Source: Amoebophrya sp. A120 (lineage: Eukaryota > Protista > Dinoflagellata). Taken from it: a stretch of 64,000 nt of DNA. Positions 9,300 through 19,094 of the stretch are shown piece after piece (positions within the stretch are counted from its first letter, which is position 1; each line of letters begins with the position of its first letter). The stretch lies in the NCBI GenBank assembly GCA_905178155.1, contig CAJINV010000001.1:4302233-4366232 (forward strand). The letters run 5' to 3'. The notes under the pieces are model-generated. The model did not search any database. It saw nothing but the letters and a program-made list of their open reading frames with translations, and had not been told where the DNA came from. The translations under genes and the position numbers were made by a program.

Positions 9300-12200
9300 T
9301 CAAAACTGATGCTGGAATGCGAATCCTTCATTTGCTTCATTATCCTCTATTCCGCTGCTGAATTGCTCACGAAGCTGCTCTTTGATTGCGGCATAGGTTC
9401 TGAGCATCGATTCCGAAACCTCATCCGACGAGCCGAGAATGTCCACCAGAAAGTCGCGGTCTTGAGCGTTGCTGTGGGAGCTCAGTTTGTCGGCCGGTGG
9501 AGGAATAGGCCTGGACGCGTTAAGCGGATCTGCGCTAGAAGGTACAACGCTGGCAATAGGAGTGGTCACCCGGCTTCGCGCTACGGAATATTTTGACAAT
9601 TTTGCTTTTGCCTCCTCAATCTCCTTCGTCAGTGAGCTGGTCGATGAGGATCTGCTTGTAATGTTGCCCGCTGCAACACTATTCAAACCACCAAAGACCG
9701 GCGCATGCCACTCTTGCTCTTGTTCAACATGCTCGTCAACTACTTTGTCTGCAAACAAATCCTCAGTGGAAGTCCCGAGCGGGTGAAACGCTTCGTCGTC
9801 GGGCGACGCCCCGGAATAGAAGAGCACCGGGCTCACTCCGTTTTTTGCCGCACCACTTGGGGGGCTGTAGGTCCGACTTCCCAGCATGGCTGGCATTCTC
9901 CTCCGCATGTCCGGAGACGGGTCGTTTTCCTCCCTAGTCGGAGACTGCGATGATGCTGAAGAGCCTTGTAGTACCTGTGAATGATGCTGAAGAGGCTTGG
10001 CTAGTTAACGCAGTTAAATTATACCTGTATTGAGTAGTGCATGTGTATCAAGGTTTGTTGTGGTCACCGAGCAGATGCAAAAAGCAAAAAACAAAGAAAG
10101 TGCTAAAGTGTAAGCATGATCAAGAATTTGTTCTTGACAAGCATCCCGATCTGAATTGACTAAATTGAAATCACGATGTAAATCACGATGCTACGATGAT
10201 GATTCAAAATGAGGTCTCATGCAAATCACGATGTTCATGAGAAGGAACAAAAATGAAGTTCACTCTAATCCCGCACTGTATACTAGTGACGATCAACGAT
10301 TGTTGATCTGATATTTTTCATAAATTTAGGGTGATTAGAACAAATTTGAACTTTCATGTTTTACCCCCTTGACTGAGAACTCAAAATTTGTGTGTTGTTT
10401 GGAACGCTAAATTTTTCCCCACAGGCTGCGACGATAGTCACCATAGATTGATTGCGACTAAGAAACACTGAATCCCACCTAGATTCTGCTTGACATGCAA
10501 GATGGCCAGTGTTCACACCGCCCGCGTTTCTTCGTCGTTGATTGTCTTCACACCGTGAAAATTCGGTTGACATTCTAACGGCACAGCCTTGAGCGCTGAC
10601 ACCAAGACACGACCAGTGCCAACACGACAACAACTACCAAGCCTGGTCCCCCCGCAACACGACAACACCTACCAAGCCAGGACCAGAACCAAACCACCAA
10701 CCACACCAAGACCCGCAGGAAGGTACTAAAAGCACGAAGAAAAATAAAGAAAATTTTGAATTTTTGGTAGTGTTTTTGAATAGAATTTTTGTTTGAATTT
10801 GAACTAAAAATTTAGGCAAAATAACCCCCAGCCACCGAGTTCAAATCAACCAACAGTGGTGATTTGCTGCCGTGATATCAATTGCTGATACACGGTCAGA
10901 GGCTGTTTGAAAGTAAAAGAGAATTTGTAATCATACACCTACACAGGTGCAAGAGAGACAAAGCGACCAAAGGTGCGCGCTACGAAGCCCGTAACCTTTG
11001 CCGAAGCATCGAGCGAGGAACAAGACAGGTGCTAAAAGTGTACTTATTTTCGGTCTGTTTTCTAAAATCATTGGAAATTTTGAATGCGAGCACACATGGC
11101 AAGAGCACAAAAATCGCATGTTAATCCTCCCCAACAAAAACTATTACAGTTTTGGGCGGCGGATTTAACGCACCGAGCAGCAGGCCGGTACAAGAGCAAG
11201 GACCCGACAGCAGGCCACGAAAAAGGTACTGAATTACATCGGTTTTTGAAAATAGAAGTCTAAACGTAATTCTGATTTTGTCTGTAATTGCATCGTGAAT
11301 TCAACAAGATGATCGCATTTGAAATGCTGAATACCATCTGAATTCGATTGCAAATTTCTTGTACAGGTAGCCGCCTACGCGTGTACCGAGTACAACAGAC
11401 GACACAACCGCGACGCGCGTGCTCATCGTGAAAAGATGGGGGCGCCGGGTGATGACCATCGTCCGAGCACTTCCGGCACCGTCGGAATGCTGTACGACGC
11501 GGAACACGAGGGAGAAACTGGAAAGGACTTCCAGACGTTCAAGGGTAGCGTGATCGCTCAGGCGTTCTCGTTGAACATCGGTCCCCAGTTCAAAGAGGAC
11601 TTAGAAGGAAAAGTCTGCATGGACAAGTGGGATGAGGTCGATCAGTTAGCCTGCGACCAGTGGGTTGCTGACGGCAAACACGAAAACGACTTCTGGCCCA
11701 CCTACACAACCGAAGTGCGCTCAGCTTACGCGAAGTTGTATGGTACAGTATTCAAATCCTTAACCGGAAAGGCCCGAGCCAAAGCTCAGGACATTCAGGA
11801 AGAGCCCGGGGCTGACGCGTGTGTAGTCTGGTTGATGCTTCAGATCAAGGAAAAGGCTAACCCGCAGACCGCCGGTGCCCGCCGCATGTTGATCAAGGAA
11901 TATTTCAACAGCAAGCAGGGTGAAGATGAAACCGTGGAAGAACATATTGACAAACTGAAGAACTTCTGGAATTTCAAACTGGGCGCTAAAGTTACGGCCG
12001 AAGAGTTACGCTATCACTGTATCTTCGGGAACATGCGCGAGGAATTCGATGAGTGCAACAAGCGTGCCTTGGCTAATGGATTCAGTTTCGAAGAAACCAA
12101 GAATCATATGGTCGAGGAAGAACGCGCTCTGTCTAGCAACGGAGAGACCACGAAGCACAAAGCTAATCTGGTCCGCAACAAGAATTCTCGCAACCAGCAT

Positions 12201-15200
12201 GGCCCGCGCCCGGATCACGTTCAGAAGAACCGTGAGAAGCAGATGTTCTCCAATATGTTGAAGAAAGAGATGCCGAGTCTGATCCAGCAAGCCGCTGCGA
12301 ATCTGATCGCGCAAAATCCGAACTTGACCCAGAATCACACTGCTGGTAGCAATGACGACAGTCATGCGGCCAATTACGCAGGAGATTCCAAGTGGTGTTC
12401 GAATTGCAATTCGGAATCCCACAACACCAAGGATTGCTGGTACAAAAACGGCAATAAGGTCAATAACAAGTCTTCCAATAAGAATTCCGGTAAGGGTAAC
12501 AACACGAATACTGTTCGCAAGGGCAACGACAAGCCGAAGGGTGGAGGTAAGAAAGGAAAAGGAAAGAAGGGTAGGAAATACTGAGTCTTAGATGGTGTTT
12601 CGAAGAAAAGTAGCTTGTTACACAAACTACAAAAAGTAAGAAAACTATTCTTACGGCTGACGAAAACTCGATGTTATAATACAAATTATTCGCGATGTTT
12701 TTCAACTAAATTTTTAACAAAAATACCCCCCCAAAAGAACCCCCCACAAAAAGAACAACCACCTGGTGATGAACCACCAGTGACTACAAGTCATTTTGAA
12801 GAAGATGAATGTGTGTTCGACAGCAAGCTTGACATCTTCAATCCAGATTCTTCATCATTAATCGATATGGATGATTTATTCTCGAATCTCGATAAGAATG
12901 AAGATGAAATTTGTACCAATGATGCAGCTGGTCCAACGAGACAGCTGAAAGGAAAACGAAAAAGAGCAGAGCTGGAGCTTGCTGAGCAATTTGCAACCCC
13001 AGAGATGGCAAATATGACACAACAAGTCCAGGCTCTTGAGTCGACCGATCGCGAAATCCGTAAGATTTTATTTCCTCGATCTCATGTTTCGGATGCGTCC
13101 AAAGCCGAACGAGTTGAAAAATGCAATCTGTCACAAGATGCAGTATTTTCAATCGTAGCAAAAGAAAGCGAGCAAAATCATTCGCCCGAGTACACAGCAA
13201 GAAAGCTAGCACACCTCTACAGCGTTCGCGAATCAGCATTGAGGAAGGTGCGCGAGGCGAACGATGCTCATCGGAATAAAAAGGACGAGCAGCACCGAAA
13301 TCATGAAACAGCTTTTAATTGTGTCGATGATGCAATTTGCGACAGTGGCGCAACAAGTCACATGTCGGGCCGACCAGAGATTTTCGAATCTTGGGACGAC
13401 AGTAATCCAGTGCGAATAACTGTAGCAGACGGAAAAGAGTTGGATGGCCCTGGATATTTTGGCACATTGAAACCAAACGCACTTGGTTGCAAGCGTGCAA
13501 TATTCCATCCATTCCTTCCACAGACCCTCCTCAGTGTCGAGCAACTGAAGAAAGAAGGCTATAGAGTTGTTTTCGACGAAGGGGGCAACTACTTGCAAAG
13601 TAGGAAGACAGGAAAGAGAATTTTTCTTCACAAAGGGATCGGAACCAAGCTGCCGGCCGTGGCACTTGGGTTCAACGAAGATCCAGGTGAAAAGGGTTTG
13701 TTGTGCGAAGAGATCGAGACAGAGTCCACTATGATGACAAAGGCTGAGAAAATGCTTCTTGATCATCAGCGTGCTGGACATCGTAGTCTACCAGGAATAG
13801 TAGTCCGATGTCCTGCCTGCGATCTCGCGAAAAGCAAAGGCGCGCAACATGCAAAAGCGAAGAAAGAATGCTACAAAGTTGAAAAATTCAATGACCAAGT
13901 TGATTTTGACTTCACTGGACCGTGGGAACCTGACTACTGGTCGCAAAGATGGGTGCTAAATGCCATCGATCAAGCAACCAGCTGGCCTCGTTCTTTCATC
14001 TGCAAGAGCAAAGCAGAAGCAGGCGCAAAGCTGCAGGTCTGGATAAATGAAGAGGGACCACCGAAAAGAGTGAGATCCGACAATGCCAAAGAGTTCAAGG
14101 AACCAGGTAGCACTTGGAAAAAGACAGCACAGAAACAGTCCCCGCCGATTCATACTGACTACTCAGCTCCATACGAACCACAAGAAAATGGAAAAGTTGA
14201 AAGATACAATCAAACTCACCAGAACGGAGTGAGGGCAATGATGGTCGGAGTCGATAAGCGTATGTGGAGTTATGCAGCACGCACTTTCTCCCACATATTC
14301 GCCCGAACCCCTACAGCCAAAGGAGGCGAGTCGCCATTTGAAAAACGCTTCAAAAGAAAACCTTCCATCAAGTATTTCCGACGTTTCGGATGCTTGGTAT
14401 ACGCGAAGGATCACTCACAGAAGTCGAAGCTTGAAGACCGGTTTACCCGTGGAATCTTTCTAGGCTACGCCCAAGAAAATTCTACATACCTGGTAGGCAT
14501 GTGGTCCGCAGATGGTCGATGTAAGAAAAGCTCCAAAATCCGCTTCGGAGTCCACGAGGTGAAGTGTTGTAAGTTTGATGAATCAGTGCTGGTCAGCAAG
14601 ATAGATGATCTGAAGCCGGACGCTGACAAGTTGTTAATTGATTTTCCGAATCCGGCGCGTCTGGGTGATAGTTCGCAGCTCGTAGAGCCGAATGTGCCCG
14701 CTGTAGATCATGATCAAAGCAGTCGTGGTCAGGACGCTCCGAGGACCGATCGTTCGAAAGATGAAGAAGATGCGGACAAACGCAGTTCGAAGGAAAAAGA
14801 AACCGTCGAAAACGACGAGGGCAAGAGTTTCGAAGGGGGTGAGCAACCTGAGGAAGGGGGCGAGGAAAATCAAAACCCTAATCAGGATTGGCTCGATTTG
14901 TTTTCAGAGGAGGCGCCTGAAAAATCCCCGAAGCAGAAAAAGAAAGCTGAGAATGGAAATCGAAAAAGAAAGTCTAATACAGTTGATGCTGATGAAAAAG
15001 AGAACGAGACACAAGAAGCGCCTAGGATCCTCGTTGAAGGACCTACACGAAAGAAACTTCGCAAGAAGGGCCGAGGGCATGACAAGAAAAAGCGCAAAGA
15101 ACGCAACGACAAAGGCCAAAGTCGTGGCCCTCGAGCAAAGAAAAGGCAGAAAGTCAATCTTGTGTCGTCATCTGACCTTTTGAAAGATCTACCGATGGAA

Positions 15201-18200
15201 TTTGAAAAAGAAGCAGAAGCTATATTCCAGATTCGTCATGAATTAGAGGAGGACGAAACTCCTTACCTCTTTGGCTTGCAGCACACTTGGGCCAAGTGTC
15301 TGGAAAGTCCTGACGCAATCAAATGGATCGAGTCAGATACGAAAGAACGCCTAGCGCTAGAAGAAGCAAATACGTGGAGGCATGCAACCGCAGAAGACAT
15401 CAAAGAGATGGGTGATAAGTTAGAGATTATCCCGACGGTATGCATCTACACGAAGAAGAGAGACGGACGCTACAAGTGTCGTCTCGTAGCACTAGGAAAC
15501 AGGCAAAAGCTATCTCTTCAAGGAGAAATATACAGCCCAACTGTGAGCCATGCCGCTAACAGGTATTTACTTGTTGAAGCAGCAGCACGCGGATGGAAAG
15601 TTAGACAGTTCGATATTTCAAATGCGTTTGTGCGTGCAGCTCTAGGTGACGAGATCGTGTTATGTCGCCTGCCCAAGCACAACAGCTGGAGCAAGAACAA
15701 AGAAAAAGGCGATGTTGTCAGGCTGTTAAAGTCGTTATACGGTCTGAAGATCAGCCCACGCCGCTGGTATGACGAATATTCCGGCAGACTCAAGAAGTTA
15801 GGCTGGGTTGTATCCGAACACGAACCAGGTTTGTTCAAGAAGTTTGCAAAAGACAAACAGGGAAAAGAGCAAGAGCTCTGGCTAGCAGTTTACGTAGATG
15901 ACAACATTATCTCAGGCGAAGATGATGACCTTGTCGCTGCAGAAATGAATGCAATTTTAGCAGAGTTCCCAGGAAAAGAAATTCTCGCAGAATATGACAA
16001 GGAAGGCAATGAGATCCGCGACCTTCTCGGCGCAAAGTTGACCTTCAACGCGAAAAAGAGAGTCATGAAAATCACTTGCGAAGACGCAATTGATAAGCTG
16101 CTTGAGAAATTTCACATGAAGGACTGCCGCGCAGTAGTTTCCCCATGTTTACCAAATTCCCACGCAGACTTGGACTCGCCGTCGAATTCCACATTTCCGA
16201 TAAGATCGCTAGTAGGCGGAATGTTGTATATCAGTTGCGTTGCCCGGCCTGATATCGCATTCGCAGTACAAAGAGTAGCGACGCAGGTAGCTAGTCCAAC
16301 CGACCAAACGGTAAAAGATGCTAAGCGTATTCTGGCGTATTTGAAAGGAACCAAATCGCAAGGATTGGAATACAGCAAGCAGCAAGAGAAAAAGTTCAAA
16401 GAAATCTACACAAAAGCCGCAGAGCTAGAAAACAAGGAATACAGAGACACTATTGCTTTCTGCGATGCAGATTTTGCAGGATGTTCTGTAAGTTTTCGAT
16501 CCACGTCAGGAACAATCCTATATCGACGCGGAGTTCCCATCTGTTGGAAGTCGAAACGTCAATCGATTCGAGCTACGTCAACAATGGAAGCCGAGTATTG
16601 CGCGATGTATGACTGTGTAAGGATGACTATGGACCAAGGATATTTGAACTGGTTTTCAGAACAAGAGTCAGGATCTCTACCGTTGATCTTCAACGACAAC
16701 AAGTCCGCGCTTGCGTTGAGTCAGACAACCGTAGCCACGAAAAGATCCAAGCACATGAGTCTTCGACTACACCTAGTACGAGACTACGTAAAAGACTTGT
16801 GCTATGTAAACACAGATATCAATCTAGCGGATGGATTGACAAAACCACTTCCAGGAGAGAAGTATATCCAAATCTTCAAAGCTCCCGCAAGAAAAGCTAA
16901 TGAAGTATTTGCGAAAGCTCATTTTGTCGATTTCAATAATCTCTAGGATTTATTGATTCGAATTTCACACGAATTCATCACATCTAAGATTTCTCGAGAT
17001 GATTTCACGTTCATTCGGAAGGGGGAATGTAAGCATGATCAAGAATTTGTTCTTGACAAGCATCCCGATCTGAATTGACTAAATTGAAATCACGATGTAA
17101 ATCACGATGCTACGATGATGATTCAAAATGAGGTCTCATGCAAATCACGATGTTCATGAGAAGGAACAAAAATGAAGTTCACTCTAATCCCGCACTGTAT
17201 ACTAGTGACGATCAACGATTGTTGATCTGATATTTTTCATAAATTTAGGGTGATTAGAACAAATTTGAACTTTCATGTTTTACCCCCTTGACTGAGAACT
17301 CAAAATCTGTGTGTTGTTTGGAACGCTAAATTTTTCCCCACAGGCTGTGACGATAGTCACCATAGATTGATTGCGACTAAGAAACACTGAATCCCACCTA
17401 GATTCTGCTTGACATGCAAGATGGCCAGTGTTCACACCGCCCGCGTTTCTTCGTCGTTGATTGTCTTCACACCGTGAAAATTCGGTTGACATAAAGATAA
17501 AAACAACACCCTGTTAGGACATAAGTACCGCTGTCGCGCCAGCCTTGCTGCCAGGACGAGCACTTTTTGCTAGTGGAGGGCTTGACACCGGTGGCGATTT
17601 TGCCGGAGGTTTACTTCCTTTCGTAGCTCCAGCTTGAGCTTTTGGTACCATCGCACTAGTAGTTGTAGTGCTACCCTTTGCCCCTTTGTTACTTTTAAAA
17701 ACACCGGCACTAGTGCCAGTTCGCCCTGGCGGTGAGTAGGACATTGGCTTCGCACCCTTGCGCATGCCGCTCACGTTCTCGTACACCACGTCAGGCGACT
17801 TCTGGGTGGGTGAAGTTCCGCTCAGACTACTTGCTTTAGCCGTCGTCGCATTCTTTTCCTTTTCACCGCCATCTTCGAGGACCGTTTTTCGGAACAGCCT
17901 TTCCAACTGGTCGAAGCGCTTGTCATCGTCAGCCAACGGCACTAAATGCCCAAGAACGATGCGCCGCAAGACGCTGCTCAGCTCCGGATGCAGTTCGAGG
18001 AAGATTTTGCACACGCGTTCGACCGTGACGTCATAGCGGTTTCGCGCGTTGGTTTCCTGCTCCCGCAGCGTCGCCCGCATCGTATCCAGCTTTCCCTCTA
18101 GCTGGTCGCGCTCTTGCCGCCGTTTCTCGCGCTCTTGCCGGAGCTTGTTCGTCTCCTCCACCTCCGCTTTCAACCTTTCGGCTAAAATCTCACATTTCGC

Positions 18201-18593
18201 CTGGTGCTCTGTCGCTTCCCGAAGGTATTGCGCCTGGAGCTTGGCGTTCAAACGGTCTTTCTTCACCTGTTCGGCGATAGAAATAACCTGCCCTATCCTC
18301 TGAGGCGGAGAATCTTGTTGAGCTGGTTTAGGTTTTATCTTCCCGACGGTCTCCGGGGAGCCGGTTGCCGAACTCGCAGATGGAGGCAGCTCATCTGCTG
18401 TTTTCTTACTCCCGCTGGAACCTCCAGCCGCTTTTCCCGCCGATGGCTTCTTCGCTTCTTCGTCAGTGGTGCTTGCTCCCTCCCGCTCTTCCCAGCGGGC
18501 TGTCAGCTGATTCTCCAAATTACTAACGATGTCAGCAATGTTGGCGCGATTCGCCTGCAGGTCGGCAAGCATCTGCTGAATGTTGTCCGCCAT
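9300..18593 (-). CDS. Hypothetical coiled-coil protein; two exons separated by a Copia-containing intron
   Basis: Exon 18593-17529 (..AGATA) joins exon 9974-9300 (VLQGSSAS..DMRRRM..) in phase 0 across the GT-AG intron 9975-17528. Confidence 0.65.
10109..10572 (+). repeat. Copia-1 5' LTR
   Basis: Direct repeat of 17028-17491 with 2 substitutions seen by eye; internal AAATCACGATG repeats. Confidence 0.97.
11436..12584 (+). CDS. gag: Copia-1 Gag
   Basis: 382-aa ORF with a CCHC knuckle (CSNCNSESHNTKDC) and a basic tail. Confidence 0.9.
   Translation: MGAPGDDHRPSTSGTVGMLYDAEHEGETGKDFQTFKGSVIAQAFSLNIGPQFKEDLEGKVCMDKWDEVDQLACDQWVADGKHENDFWPTYTTEVRSAYAKLYGTVFKSLTGKARAKAQDIQEEPGADACVVWLMLQIKEKANPQTAGARRMLIKEYFNSKQGEDETVEEHIDKLKNFWNFKLGAKVTAEELRYHCIFGNMREEFDECNKRALANGFSFEETKNHMVEEERALSSNGETTKHKANLVRNKNSRNQHGPRPDHVQKNREKQMFSNMLKKEMPSLIQQAAANLIAQNPNLTQNHTAGSNDDSHAANYAGDSKWCSNCNSESHNTKDCWYKNGNKVNNKSSNKNSGKGNNTNTVRKGNDKPKGGGKKGKGKKGRKY
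12585..16946 (+). CDS. pol: Copia-1 Pol (protease, integrase, RT, RNase H), in frame with gag after a single TGA
   Basis: AICDSGATSHM (PR); HQRAGH..CPAC, RSDNAKEF, PQENGKVER (IN); KSLYGLK, YVDD (RT); FCDADFAG, NLADGLTK (RH). Uninterrupted ORF. Confidence 0.95.
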   Translation, partial: VLDGVSKKSSLLHKLQKVRKLFLRLTKTRCYNTNYSRCFSTKFLTKIPPQKNPPQKEQPPGDEPPVTTSHFEEDECVFDSKLDIFNPDSSSLIDMDDLFSNLDKNEDEICTNDAAGPTRQLKGKRKRAELELAEQFATPEMANMTQQVQALESTDREIRKILFPRSHVSDASKAERVEKCNLSQDAVFSIVAKESEQNHSPEYTARKLAHLYSVRESALRKVREANDAHRNKKDEQHRNHETAFNCVDDAICDSGATSHMSGRPEIFESWDDSNPVRITVADGKELDGPGYFGTLKPNALGCKRAIFHPFLPQTLLSVEQLKKEGYRVVFDEGGNYLQSRKTGKRIFLHKGIGTKLPAVALGFNEDPGEKGLLCEEIETESTMMTKAEKMLLDHQRAGHRSLPGIVVRCPACDLAKSKGAQHAKAKKECYKVEKFNDQVDFDFTGPWEPDYWSQRWVLNAIDQATSWPRSFICKSKAEAGAKLQVWINEEGPPKRVRSDNAKEFKEPGSTWKKTAQKQSPPIHTDYSAPYEPQENGKVERYNQTHQNGVRAMMVGVDKRMWSYAARTFSHIFARTPTAKGGESPFEKRFKRKPSIKYFRRFGCLVYAKDHSQKSKLEDRFTRGIFLGYAQENSTYLVGMWSADGRCKKSSKIRFGVHEVKCCKFDESVLVSKIDDLKPDADKLLIDFPNPARLGDSSQLVEPNVPAVDHDQSSRGQDAPRTDRSKDEEDADKRSSKEKETVENDEGKSFEGGEQPEEGGEENQNPNQDWLDLFSEEAPEKSPKQKKKAENGNRKRKSNTVDADEKENETQEAPRILVEGPTRKKLRKKGRGHDKKKRKERNDKGQSRGPRAKKRQKVNLVSSSDLLKDLPMEFEKEAEAIFQIRHELEEDETPYLFGLQHTWAKCLESPDAIKWIESDTKERLALEEANTWRHATAEDIKEMGDKLEIIPTVCIYTKKRDGRYKCRLVALGNRQKLSLQGEIYSPTVSHAANRYLLVEAAARGWKVRQFDISNAFVRAALGDEIVLCRLPKHNSWSKNKEKGDVVRLLKSLYGLKISPRRWYDEYSGRLKKLGWVVSEHEPGLFKKFAKDKQGKEQELWLAVYVDDNIISGEDDDLVAAEMNAILAEFPGKEILAEYDKEGNEIRDLLGAKLTFNAKKRVMKITCEDAIDKLLEKFHMKDCRAVVSPCLPNSHADLDSPSNSTFPIRSLVGGMLYISCVARPDIAFAVQRVATQVASPTDQTVKDAKRILAYLKGTKSQGLEYSKQQEKKFKEIYTKAAELENKEYRDTIAFCDADFAGCSVSFRSTSGTILYRRGVPICWKSKRQSIRATSTMEAEYCAMYDCVRMTMDQGYLNWFSEQESGSLPLIFNDNKSALALSQTTVATKRSKHMSLRLHLVRDYVKDLCYVNTDINLADGLTKPLPGEKYIQIFKAPARKANEVFAKAHFVDFNNL
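17028..17491 (+). repeat. Copia-1 3' LTR
   Basis: Follows the PPT and is followed by TSD TAAAG. Confidence 0.97.
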
Positions 18594-19094
18594 TTTTCTT
18601 TTCTTTTTGCACGCTGTCTGACTCTCCTCGGGGTTGGCAGTTGATATAGACTGCTCTACCGCCGTTTATCAAAAAACTTTGATGCACTCGATTCGTCACG
18701 CTTGAAGAGCGAAAGCGAAGCCAATACGACGATACAGCAAGAACTCTGTCTGGTTCAACTTCATCAAACACCGTAGCCAAGAACATTAAAGTTGCACTAA
18801 AATTGCACTAGCGTGGTCCTCCTTTCTGCTACACAAGTAGTTGGCGCTCATGTTCCATATGGTATCACTGTTCGTCTTCGTGAGTATATGCGTCAGAGTT
18901 TCCATTGAGCTTCTTGGTCCCGATGTCAATTCAAGTCACTACAGTCAGAGCAATGCATTCTCGTCCTGCATGCGTCATTAGATGTAAGATGGAAAAAATT
19001 TCCAAAGCGAGCTTCATCAGCCCTTCTAGCTTCGAATTTGTATTTGATAAGAACCACTACCTCCGTGCGAAAAATAACGAACGCTGCACCTCGC

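Larger units (their letters stand above)
10109..17491 (+). mobile_element. Full-length Ty1/Copia LTR retrotransposon (Copia-1, 7383 bp)
   Basis: 464-bp TG...CA LTRs, TSD TAAAG (10104-10108, 17492-17496), PPT GGAAGGGGGAA (17017-17027), domain order gag-PR-IN-RT-RH. Confidence 0.97.

Noticed and set aside
10361-10633. Duplicated small ORFs (also 17280-17492)
   Set aside because: A by-product of the LTR duplication.
18771-18780. CCGTAGCCA resembling the dinoflagellate spliced leader (also CCATTTTGGC on minus near 56276)
   Set aside because: Only 9-10 nt matches, expected by chance; the first is on the wrong strand.
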